A stretch of DNA of 64,000 bases, taken from Azolla caroliniana (Eukaryota; Plantae; Polypodiophyta). The first letter of the stretch is position 1; every line of letters begins with the position of its first letter. The stretch is taken from contig JBHGNT010000021.1 in the NCBI GenBank assembly GCA_043228905.1, positions 11,284,001-11,348,000 on the forward strand, given 5' to 3'. A program made the position numbers and the translations under genes. The notes beneath the pieces were generated by a model. That model searched no databases, was not told the DNA's origin, and saw only the letters and a list, made by a program, of their open reading frames with translations. Positions 36,401 through 48,627 of this stretch are shown in pieces.

Positions 36401-37781
36401 GTATTGCCGGTTCTCTCTGCTGGCCTTGCCGGATCCGGATTTGTCCGAATTGGTGCGCTTCTTCCAACACTCATTTTCTTTGTGGCCCTTTTTACCACAG
36501 TACTAACATTCCATGTCGGCCTCCGGTGCCGCCCTGACTCCCCCTGCTTGTGGAGAGTCCAGAAATGTTGTCGGCACGTTCTCTACGCCTTCTGTTCCGC
36601 TCTTGCCAGCCGCTACCATTGCGAGCCGACCCGCCTTGTCCACCACGCCCATGCAGCCAATCCACCTCTGTGTACAGCATCTGACTGTCGGTAGGTGCAC
36701 TTGTTGATGTACCGGCATGGTTCTCCTCTACAAGGAGCATCGACTATAAGTCGAAAAATGACGGCGTATTCTCCCTCGTACATACTACCATTCGGAACGC
36801 TCTGAACTTAGACGCTAGGCCCCCAAGACAGATCTGCACCATCTCATCTTCCTCTACAATGACATTGATAGAGGCAAGTGAGTCACAGATCTCTTTGATT
36901 CAGGCCGTGTAATCGGCTACCGACATGTCCTTCTATCGGACATTGCTCAACTCCTGTCGGAGTTGTAGCTTCCGGGCCAAAGCGCTCGCTTCAAAAACCT
37001 TCTTCAGGTTTCCCCAAGCTTCTTTTGGCATCTTGGCATCTCGGACATGGGTCAACAACTGGTCTCTAACACTGGACACAAAGTAGTACATCACTCTGCT
37101 TGTTGCTTGTTCCCACACTAGGAAGTCCTTGTGTGCAGCATCAGGTGTTGTGTCGTTAGCTCCGTTGACATAACTCCAGTAACCATGCCCAAGCAGGTAC
37201 TGGTGCATCTTGTATGACCAAGATGCGTAGTTGGATCTATTGAACTTCTCCACCAGGAGCGAGCTAGCCATTCCTCTGTCCATCACTTCTCCTTCTGTTC
37301 TTACCGGGTCTTCGGGTTTGTCTTCAGATGCTGATGTCGGCTACAGAGGTTCTCAACCCTCACGCTCTGATACCATGTAAAAACGAAGGTGCGGAAGCGT
37401 TAGACAACCGGCTAGCCGGATAGCAACAGAGAGAGAGAGAGAGAGAGATTAACACATAGAAGGTATGCGGGAGAAAAACTGAGAAAAAGAGAAACACCTT
37501 AAATCTATTATCAAAGTAATAATAGTTCTCTGTACATACAACTTGCTCAACAACACTATTTATACAAGTCCTAAGAGAACTGACAGAAGTACAGTGTACT
37601 TCAATGCTTACCCGAGCGTTTGACATTAACTACGAGACGTTAACTACCTAGTAGTCTAGGTTGCTACTAGGCTTCCAGTTACTGCTTGATCCGGCTAACC
37701 GACTCCCCAACTCACCGGCTCACTGATCCGGCTCATCCTTTCGGATGCCGATCCGGATCTGGTTGAGGTTTCCGCTCAATA
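33471..37781 (-). mobile_element. Copia H, 3'-truncated; 5' LTR 37376-37781, PBS 37364-37375
   Basis: PBS TGGTATCAGAGC; gag, WYVDSG, PEQNGVAER and LLYVDD motifs; abuts the G protease with no 3' LTR. Confidence 0.88.
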
Positions 37782-38415
37782 CATCTTAACAGTAGTAGTT
37801 CAATATACGAAGATGGCCCATTTCCTGCCATGTACTAAGGAAATCTCGAGTGAAGAAACTGCTAAAAATTTTCTGCGTGAAGTATGTGGGAATCATGGCC
37901 TTCCCGATAGTATCATCAACGACCGTAGACCCCAGTTCTTCTCGAAGTTCTGGAAGCACTTCTTTAAAATGCTTAAGGTCACTTGTAACCTCTGCTCTGG
38001 CTACCACCCGCAAACAGATGGCTGAGCAGAATGAACAAATCAAACGCTGGAGCAGTATCTTCGATGCTTTTTAAGCTATCATCAAGATGACTAGGCAGAT
38101 ATTCTCCACTTCCCCGAATTTGCGTATAATAACTCTGTCCACTCATCGACAAAGGTAACACCATTTTATGCTTACACGGGTTGTCACCCCCGATGGTCTG
38201 TATTTGAAACCCCAAAGTTACCTACAAATCCTTGTGCAGATGATCGTTTGGAGTGGCTACATAAGATACAAGTGCATTTATCTACTCATCTACAACAAGC
38301 TCAACAAACACACAAGGTTTACACAAATCGTCATCGGCTTCCATCCAGTTTTGAAAATGGAGATCGGGTGTGGCTACTACGACGACCAACCAGGACTACT
38401 CGCCCATAGGAGAAG

Positions 38416-38838
38416 TTGGATTATCAGCGATTAGGTCCTTTCTGTATTATCCGAAAGATTAATGATGTTGCTTTTCGTCTCAATCTACCTCCACAGCTAC
38501 GGATACATCCCGTGTTCCATAGTTCTCTCCTAGAACCCTATCAGGACAACACCATCCTAGGTCATATTAAACCACCTCCACCCCCGATCGAACTTGAAGA
38601 TGGACCTGAGTACAAGGTTGCCGCCATCCTCGTTTCCAAGCTTGTTCGCAACAAGCTCTACTATTTAGTCGATTGGTTAGGATATAGTCCCAACGAGCGT
38701 ACCTGGGAACCGATAGAGAATGTGACCAATGCTCATGCTCTTCTTGAAGTCTTCCATTGTCAATATCCAGACAAATTGGGTCCTCAATCCAAAACTACTT
38801 GTGACACTCGTCATTTTAAAGGGGGGATAGTGTCATGA
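38416..38838 (+). pseudogene. Integrase C-terminus (GPF motif) with chromodomain of G
   Basis: GPFCI..IHPVFHSSLL then PEYKVAAIL..YYLVDWLGYSPNERTWEP, a classical-type chromodomain. Confidence 0.9.
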
Positions 38839-40531
38839 TATATTGCAAGACTCGAACCCATGACCTTATGTTACATGGGTCGAGCTCTTACTGTAGTCTA
38901 TGTAATGTAATACGAAAGATATTATTTTCTATTAAATTTTACTATAGAAGTTTGATGTATATTCCAGATTTCTCTGGAACATTCTAGAAACTTCAGGAGT
39001 ACTCCTGAGAACACTATAAAAGGAGGCACAAGGCATTATTTCGAACCAAATCGGTTTAACGCCAGTCTAAAGCCTCCTAGCTACTATTGTATATTCCCTT
39101 AACATAATATATCTTTTGTTATCCTCATTCTCTCTCTCTCACTCACTCTTTCCTTCCCTCGAGAGTTCTACACCTCCCTTAGTACTAATCCTCATCTTTT
39201 AGTACTAATTCCTTCTCTATTTTAGTATTGTTCCTGATAGTACTTTTCTGTCTTAGTACTGCTGCTAACACATAATGTCTTTGTGAGAGCAATATGCCAT
39301 CGGGGGTCCGGATCACCTCAATCCCAAGAAAATAATGAAGGTCCCCTAGGTCCTTCATTTCCAATGTGTTCGACAATTGGGACTTCACTCTGTCGATTTC
39401 ATCGAGTCTGGGTCCGGTGATGACTAAATGATCAACATATAGCTCTCCGGCTCACGCACTTATGCCAGCTTAGTCATGTATGTATAGTGATGCACCATTT
39501 ACTCATTGTTCTCATACCTGATCACGGTTTTCTTTTGACAGGTTCACCCGAGTAACTTTTCGTTACCCGGATTGTGGCCCTTCTTGGCCGGTTTAGACTT
39601 CCTTTCTAAAGATTCACCCACCTTCTTCCTTTTCGGGGTCAGATTTGTTCCGATCTAACTCTTCACTACCGGTATCGTATTCCGGCATCTTCTTCTTCCC
39701 CTTCACTTTGTGTGTGAACCGTCTCCTCGGTTCCTTGCGCGGGGAGAGCACGACAGAGTCTCCACTACTCGCTGGATCTTCATCTGACTAGTCATCCTAA
39801 CTTAGCCGCTCATTTGGTCCACTTAGCCAGAATGAGATCGGACTCTCATCTAGAGTACCGAATCCTTCATTTTCTTCTTGAACCTCTTCGGGTTCACTAG
39901 CCTCATCCTCTAGAATCGGGTCTTCGTCGTGAGTTGGAGTTGGTAGGGAGTACCATGATGCCGACTCATCAAAATCGACATCTCGACTTACTCGTACCTA
40001 TTTAGTCCGGGGGTTATAACACTTATACCCCTTTTGTTCATGCGAGTAGCTAATGAGTATGCACTTCTCCGATTTCAAATCTAGCTTCCTCCGCTTCTCA
40101 TCCGGTACATGCACATATGCTATGCTACCGAATATCCAAAGGTGTCTCAAATTCGGCTTCCGCCCGAAATATAGCTGATGTGCTGACACCTCATCCCCAA
40201 TCTGGTTTTGGATGTAGACAGCTGTCCAGACTGCCTCAACCCAGTAGAATTTGGGCATGCTCTTCTCCTCCAGCATTTCCCTTGCCACGTTGACAATCGA
40301 CCAATTCTTTCTTTCGACCACACCGTTTTGTTCCTGTGTATATCGGCAGTTGAATTCTCTCTGAATTCCTTTTCGCTACAGATCCCTGTTGAATTGGCCG
40401 AAAAAGTATTCTTTTTTGCCATCCGACCGTGGGCACTTTATCTTCCTCTCCGTTTCCCTTTCAACTAAGCTTTGAAGGTTCCGAAAACAATCGAAGACTT
40501 CACTTTTCTTCTCGATGAGGTAGATCCACGT

Positions 40532-41363
40532 TGTCGTAGTGTATTTCGTACACTACGTGAAAAACTTATAAAGTACTTATTTAATAAATATGAATAAATA
40601 GTAGAAAATATTAAAATATATATAACATGCATAGGGCAAGATTTGAACCTTACACCTCCATGTTAATAATGTAATGTCTTACCATTACACTAGCATTTCA
40701 TTAGTGTTAAAAAGTAGATGTCCCTCATAGAAAGTTAAGTTCACGTAGGATAAACTTTAGTTAAAATAAAAACGCATGCTAAAAGAAAAAGCTACGCATG
40801 CATATCTAGCGTGCATGAATGCTATAGTCGATAAAAAACGCACAAGATAGAAAAAGCATGATCACTTTAGATAAAGCATATAGTCTATCTATAGGAAAAG
40901 CATGGAGTCTATAGTTAGAAAAAAAGAAGAAGCATGGATTGTGAAGACTCTCTCATCACCATATAAGGATGGGGAGCAAAATGTAATAGGTGTGTGAAAA
41001 ATATTTGGGAAATTGGATATATTTCCTAAAACACCAATTAATATAATAGTGGGATTCACGAAGTTTTATATAATCTATCTCTTTCAATCTAAATTCATAT
41101 TCTTACATAAATATTGATTAATGTAATACTTGTGGGATTCACAAGGTTTGATCTCTTTTCTATTTCTACTCTAAACTATTCTAAACTATTTCAATTTCTT
41201 ACTATGATTAAGACAAACTAAAACAACTCTACTTGTGGGATTCACAAACTTCTAATAATCTATACATAATTAAAATCGCCTCAAATTCTTCCTCTTCCTA
41301 GTCCATAACCCCAGTGGTTCCCACCCGACTCACGCAAATGATCTGGCGCCGAAAGGCACGACA
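40532..41363 (+). repeat. Solo LTR, family M
   Basis: TGTCG..CGACA ends; TSD ACGT/ACAT; splits the B integrase. Confidence 0.9.
40637..40692 (-). promoter_or_regulatory. tRNA-like A/B-box module, antisense in the M LTR (copy ~18702-18757)
   Basis: Minus strand TAGTGTAATGGTAAGAC...AGGTGTAAGGTTCAAATCTTG. Confidence 0.55.
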
Positions 41364-41445
41364 ACATGTGCCAGCTGTACTAGTCGATGAAAGAGACGAA
41401 ATACCGACTCCCGCCAAGACTAAGGTTCTGTGCCGGTCCCCATAC

Positions 41446-44400
41446 TGACAGGAACTACACGCTCCGTTTAAACAACACTCGGCCACAACCGAGCCTAGAA
41501 TAAAACACAGAAAACAGGGAATGAAACACAACACGATAGAGAGAAGAGTACACAGGATGTTTACATGGAAAACCCAAACTTGGGAAAAAAAAAACCACGG
41601 CAGCCCACAGACCGCAAACTATCACTATGTGAGAATGTACAATAAGAAAGCATCGAGGCCACGACCTCGATCTTGCTATCTTCGCCACAGGCGGCGGTTA
41701 CAATTAGAGGCAACGACCTCTTCCTCTCTCTCACTCTCTCAGTACACAGTTGCGCACTCTCTCGCACTATAACAAAAAATTTGCCCTAGGTCATATTTAT
41801 ACTAATATGACTTTTTGGCTATTTACAAATATAGCCACGATGGACTCTCAAAAACATATTTACGAATATGTCTCTTCATCCGGTGAGCACTCCTCACTGG
41901 GCCTACATCATCCGGCGCTTGCCGGGTACTCGTCATCCAGTTCTCACCGGGCCTGCAATATTCGGCTCTCCGTAGCCGGGTACTCGTCATCCGGTTCTCA
42001 CCGGGTCTTCCGTAGCTGGGTATTCCTCATTTGGTTTCGGCCTCAGCCGAGTTTTCTCATCAGTACTGTTCTTCTAACTTCCCATCTGGAGGGACCTATT
42101 TCCTAACAAACTCCCCCTTCACTCCGGCATGGGATGTCTTACAATTCCGATCCGCTTCCGGCATGCATCCAGCTTGTCGGGTATTAGTACTTTGGTCAAC
42201 ATATCTGACCCATTCTCGGTTGTGTGGATCTTCATCAGTGCGAACTCCTGGTCATCTACTCTTTCCGGATCCAGTGATACCTTCGCTGGATATGCTTCGT
42301 CCGGAATGGTAGGCCGCATTCTTAGCAAGGTGGATGGCACTTTGACTGTCGTAGTAGAACGGATATTCATCTTGACTGATACCGAGCTCTCCGATCAAGT
42401 CCTTCATCCATAATATTTCCTTGCCGGCTTCCACAACCGCCATGTACTCCGCCTCCGTGGTTAACAGCGCAACTGTCTCCAGCAGCCTCGACTGCCACGA
42501 AACAACTCCCCCTGCATATGTCATTACATACCCGGATGTAGATCGGCTGGTATCCACATCAGCCGACATGTCTGAATCGGTAAAACCGTCAAGTTGAGGT
42601 TTACTAGAGCCGAATCGGAGACACATATTCGATGTGCCCTTCAAGTACCGGAGTATCCATTTGACTGTGTTCCAGTGCTCCTTGCCGGGATTGCTCATAA
42701 ACCGGCTCACCACTCCATCTGCGTATCCTATATCCGGTTGGGTACACACCATTGCGTACATTAAGCTCCCGACGGCAGAGGCATATGGAACCTTCATCAT
42801 ATCAGCATTCTCTGCTGTCGTCTTCAGTCTTTGATTACTGGATAATCTGCAGTTTGCCGGGAGTGTCGATCCGACTGGTTTCGCTTCCAACATGTTGAAC
42901 CGCTGAAGCACCTTTGTCACGTACTTCTTCTGTGACAGCCACAATTGCTTTGATGGCCGGTTCCGGAAGATATGCATCCCCAACATCTATCTTGCCGGAC
43001 CCAAGTCTTTCATTGAGAAGGTCCGGTTAAGAGCCTTCTTTAGCATCCGTATTTTGGCTTGGTCCCGTCCGACGATCAACATGTCGTCCACATACAGAAG
43101 GAGTATCAGGAAGTCGCTTTCGTCTTCGGGCTTTGCTTACTGGATAATCTGCAGTTTGCCGGGAGTGTCGATCCGACCGGTTTCGCTTCCAACATGTTGA
43201 ACCGCTGAAGCACCTTTGTCACGTACTTCTTCTGTGACAGCCACAATTACTTGGATGGCCGGTTCCGGATGATATGCATCCCCACCATCGGTCATGCCGG
43301 ACACAAGTCTTTCATTGAGAAGTTCCGGTTGAGAGCCTTCTTCAGCATCCGTATTTTGGCTTGGTCCCATCCGACGATCAACATGTCGTCCACATATAGA
43401 AGGAGTATCAGGAAGTCGCTTTCGTCTTCGGGCTTTGCTTACTGGATAATCTGCAGTTTGCCAGGAGTGTCGATCTGACCGGTTTCGCTTCCAACATGTT
43501 GAACCGCTGAAGCACCTTTGTCACCTACTTCTTCTGTGAGAACCACAATTGCTTCGATGGCCGGTTCCGGATGATATGCATCCCCAGCATTTGTCTTGCC
43601 GGACCCAAGTCTTTCATTGAGAAGTTCCAGTTGAGAGCCTTCTTCAGCATCCGTATTTTGGCTTGGTCTCGTCCGACGATCAACATGTCGTCCATATAAA
43701 GAAGGAGTATAAGGAAGTCGCTTTCTTCTTCGGGGTTTGCTTACTGGATAATCTGCAGTTTGCCGGGAGTGTCGATCCGACCGGTTTCGCTTCCAACATG
43801 TTGAACCGCTAAAACATCTTTGTCACGTACTTCTTCTGTGACAGCCACAATTGCTTCAATGGCCGGTTCCGGTTGATATACATCCCCAGCATCTGTCTTG
43901 TCGGACCCAAGTCTTTCATTGAGAAGGTCCGGTTGAGAGCCTTCTTCAGCATCCGTATTTTGGCTTGGTCCCGTCCGACGATCAATATGTCATCCACATA
44001 CAGAAGGAGTATCACGAAGTCGCTTTCGTCTTCGGGCTTTGCTTACTGGATAATCTGCAGTTTGCCGGGAGTGTCGATCCGACCGGTTTCTCTTCCAACA
44101 TGTTGAACCGCTGAAGCACCTTTGTCACCTACTTCTTCTGTGACAACCACAATTGCTTCGATGGCCGGTTCCGGATGATATGCATCCCCAGCATCTGTCT
44201 TGCCGGACCCAAGTCTTTCATTGAGAAGGTCCGGTTGAGAGCCTTCTTCAGCATCGGTATTTTGGCTTGGTCCCATCCGACGATCAACATGTCGTCCACA
44301 TATAGAAGGAGTATCAGGAAGTCGCTTTCGTCTTCGGGCTTTGCTTACTGGATAATCTGCAGTTTGCCGGGAGTGTCGATCCGACCGGTTTCGCTTCCAA

Positions 44401-47400
44401 CATGTTGAACCGCTGAAGCACCTTTGTCACCTACTTCTTCTGTGACAGCCACAATTGCTTCGGTGGCCGGTTCCGGATGATATGCATCCCCAGCATTTGT
44501 CCTGCCGGACCCAAGTCTTTCATTGAGAAGTTCCGGTTGAGAGCCTTCTTCAGCATCCGTATTTTGGCTTGGTCCCATCCGACAATCAACATGTCGTCCA
44601 TATAAAGAAGGAGTATAAGGAAGTCACTTTCGTCTTCGGGCTTTGCTTACTGGATAATCTGCAGTTTGCTGGGAGTGTCGATCCGACCGGTTTCGCTTCC
44701 AACATGTTGAACCGCTGAAGCACCTTTGTCACGTACTTCTTCTGTGACAGCCACAATTGCTTCGATGGCCAGTTCCGGATGATATGCATCCCCAGCATCT
44801 GTTTTGCCCGACCCAAGTCTTTCATTGAGAAGGTCCGGTTGAGAACCTTCTTCAGCATCCGTATTTTGGCTTGGTCCCGTCCGACGATCAACATGTCATC
44901 CACATACAGAAGGAGTATCAGGAAGTTGCCTCCTTCGAACTTCTTCACAAACACGCAGTGATCGGCCTGCGTCTTGTGGTACCCTTGATCGGGCATGAAG
45001 GAGTCGAACTTCCGGTACCATTGCCGGGGGGCTTGCTTCAACCCGTAGAGGCTCTTCTTCAACCGGCAAACCAAGTGCTCCTTCCCTTTCTTCACGAATT
45101 CTTCCGGTTGCTGCATGTAGATCTCCTCTTCGAGGTCGCCGTGAAGGAATGTCGTCTTCACGTCCAGCTGCTCTACCTCGAGGTCCATGCTTGCCGCTAT
45201 ACTAAGCACCGTTCGGATGGAGGTCATCTGTACTACCGGGGCAAATATCTCGTTAAAGTCAATGCCCTTCTTTTGCTGGAACCCCTTCACCACGATCCTG
45301 GCTTTGTATCTTGGGGGGTTGCCGCATCTCCCGGTTTCAACTTGTACACCCACTTGTTTCGGAGTGCCCGTTTTCCTTTCAGTAATTCCACCAATTCGTA
45401 CGTATGGTTCTCATGCAGGGAATCAATCTCATCCTGCATGGCACTTAACCATTTGCGGTTGTGGGTGTCATCCTTCACTTCTTCGAAGCTTTCTGGCTCC
45501 CCCTCATCGGTTAGCAGCAAATGCTCTACATCCGGAAATCTCCGGGGGGACCTTCTCTCTCTAAGAGGATATCTCCGTCTCTGGGCTTCGGTAACCGACT
45601 CCTCCATTTGCTCTTCATCCGAATCCGATTCGGGGTCTTGGCCGGTTCCGGTTTCAGCTTCCTCTACTTCTCCTTCTGCCAGTTCGGTATCCTCACCGTA
45701 ACCGACTGGTTCCTCGAGTGCTAACCGGTCTATTGCCGGTTGGGTCTGCTTATCGTAGAATCAATCCTTACCGGTTGACTCGGAGTTTATTATCTTCTTC
45801 TCCGACTCCCAGTCGGCGAGCGACTTGTCCTCCATGAAGATAATATCTCGACTCCGGAATACCTTCTTGTCGACCAGGTCCCACACTCGGTAGCCGAACT
45901 CATCGTTGCCGTAACCGAGGAATATGCATGGCCAGGTCTTTGGATCTAACTTTCCTCTACGGTCCTTAGCTACATGCACATACGCGAGACACCCGAATAC
46001 CTTCAGATGCCGGTAGGACACTTCCTTACCGGTCCAGACTCCCTATGGCGATTCTCCGTCCAAGGGCAGTGAGGGTGATCTGTTTATCACATATGTCGCC
46101 GTCGACAGTGCCTCAGCCCAAAACTTCTTGGGTAGTTTTGCATGTGCCAACATACTCCGAACCCTCTCCATTATGGTCCGGTTCATCCTCTCGGCTAGCG
46201 CGTTTAGTTCCGGCGTCTTCGGCACGGTAAATTCGAGCCGGATTCCCTTCGAGCGACAGTACTCTTTGAACTGCCCCCAATATTCACCTCCGTTATGTGC
46301 TCGAACTGCCTTCAGCTTCCGGCCGGTTTCTCTTTGAAGATGGTTAGCACCTAATCCTTCGTCTTCAACGGTGTGGCCCAGAGCTTCCGGCTGTGGTCAT
46401 CTATGAACGTCACGAAGTATATTGCGATTCTGCATGTGACTTCGTGTCCACTTGACACACATCAGTATGCACCAAGTCTAGTGGTGCATTACGTCTCATC
46501 GGTGGCCTTGGTCGGAAGGAGGTCTGGTTTTGCTTATCGGCCAGACAATTAGTGCACTTCTCTAAGTGCACGTTCTTCACTGGAATGAGGTTGTCGTCTA
46601 GAAGCCTCTTCATCCCCTTCTCGCTCATGTGACATAGCCTTTTGTGCCACAGCTCACCGGCAGTGTCGGATGCAACGTTCACTTCCTCCGGACATAGCCG
46701 GGCATTCATCAGGTACAAAGTGTTTACCTTCCGGGCCCGAGCCACAATCAGGCTCCCTTTGCTGAACTTCATAACACCGTTCCAGATGCTACCCGTGTAG
46801 CCTTCATCATCTAGCCGACCGGCTAATATCAAGTTCAGACGAACCTCTGGAACATGTCGGACATCCTTCAGCAGCAGCTTGCATCCGGTTGGTGTTGTCA
46901 ACCACACGTCTCCTATGCCGACAATTCGGCATGTACCTTCATTCCCCATCCGGACACAGCCGTGATCACCGACTGAGTAGGATGAGAAGCATTTCTGGTC
47001 CGGGGTAAGCTGGAACGACGCTCCGGAGTCGACCACCCAGGTCATCTCGTCACCGGCGAGGTTTATCTCACTCTCCTCGGTGATGAGCATTAACTCTTCT
47101 TCAGTTGCCGCGATTGCCGTCGTTCCCTTCCGGTCTGGTCCTCTCCGGTCTTTACCGTTCCGGTCCGGTGTCCGCTTCGAATCGGTACCATCGGTTTCCT
47201 TGTCTTTACGGAAATGCCGACAGTTCTTCTGGAAGTGTCCCGGCTTGCCGCAATAGAAGCAAGTAGGCCTCCCGCTTGACTTTGACCATGTCCCCGACTT
47301 TTCCCAGTTCTGGGGACTACGGTTTCTATGTCTTCCGCGTTCCGATTCAGTAAAGAGTGCTTTGAAGTCGGAGCTCGTATCCTTATCTTTCCGACATGCC

Positions 47401-48627
47401 TCCTCATCTAGTGAGCTCGACTTCACTCTTGCTAGGGATAATCGTTTCCATTTCGGCCCGGTGTTGCCCAAAGTGATAACGAATGTCTCCCAGCTATCCG
47501 GGAGGGAACCGAGCAGGAGTAGCACTAGTACCTCATCGGCGAGAGGTACTTCCAATGATGTTGCCTGGTGGATCAGCCCCTGGAAGGCATTCATGTGCTT
47601 CGCCATGTTGGAGCCATCTTGGTATCAGAGTCTTACTAGCTTCCGGAATACTGAAACCTGATTAACAGCCTTTTTGTTTTGAAACATAATGCCGATCTTC
47701 TCCCAGAGCTCATGAGCCTTGCTCTCTTCATTGAAGTTGTTGTATAGGCTCATGTCGATGAAGCACCGTATGTACGCCGTTGTCTTCATAGGCGTCAATC
47801 TTGTCCGGTCTCTTGTCCCCGAACTAAACCGGCAACCAAAGATCTTTAACCACGAGCATGTCCCTCATCTTCGACTTCCACACCGAATAGTTGGAGCCGA
47901 TGAGCTTGAACATGCCTCCCAACGAATCGTCCATTTTCTGCGTCGTTTCGCTCTGATACCACTTTGATAGGAACTACACGCTCCATTTAAACAACGCTCG
48001 GCCACAACCGAGCCTAGAATAAAACAAAGAAAACATGGAATGAAACACAACACGATAGAGAGAAGAGTACATAGGATGTTTACATGGAAAACCCAAACTT
48101 GGGGAAAAAAAAACCATGGTAGCCCACATACCGCAAACTATCACTATGTTAGAGTGTACAATAAGAAAGCACCGAGGCCACGACCTCGAGCTTGCTATCT
48201 TCGCCACAGGCGGTGGTTACAATCAGAGGCAACGACCTCTTCCTCTCTCTCACTCTCTCTGTACACAGTTGCGCACTCTCTCGCACTATAACAAAAAATT
48301 TGCCCTAAGTCATATTTATACTAATATGACTTTTTGGCTATATACAAATATAGCCACGATGGACTCTCAGAAACATATTTACGAATATGTCTCTTCATCC
48401 GGTGAGCACTCCTCACCGGGCCTGCATCATCCGGCGCTTGCCGGGTACTCGTCATCCGGTTCTCACCGGGTCTGCAACATCCGATTCTCTGTAGCCGGGT
48501 ACTTGTCATTCGGTTCTCACCGGGTCTTCCGTAGCTGGGTATTCCTCATTCGGTTTCGGCCTCGGCCGAGTTTGCTCATCAGTACTATTCTTTTGACTTC
48601 CCATCCAGAGGGACCTGTTTCCTAACA
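41446..48627 (-). mobile_element. Copia I, full-length but degenerate; 663-bp LTRs 41446-42108 and 47965-48627, PBS 47950-47961
   Basis: TSD CATAC (41441-41445, 48628-48632); gag-PR-INT-RT-RH order. Confidence 0.95.
42813..44929. repeat. Tandem array, 7 x 302 bp, derived from Copia I RT coding sequence
   Basis: TTACTGGATAATCTGCAG recurs at 42835, 43137, 43439, 43741, 44043, 44345 and 44647. Confidence 0.95.

Larger units (their letters stand above)
13284..39270 (+). mobile_element. Gypsy G, chromovirus (Tcn1-like); 5' LTR 13284-~13697 (truncated), 3' LTR 38831-39270; RT-RH deleted; hosts F and H
   Basis: TSD CATAA (13279-13283, 39271-39275); gag PTPMEID, protease ALLDSGA (33298-33470), integrase 37782-38830, PPT AAAGGGGGGATAG. 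Confidence 0.9.

Noticed and set aside
42813-44929. CRISPR array or repeated small genes (77-aa ORFs)
   Set aside because: Head-to-tail 302-bp copies of RT sequence with no unique spacers; the ORFs are shadows of the repeat.
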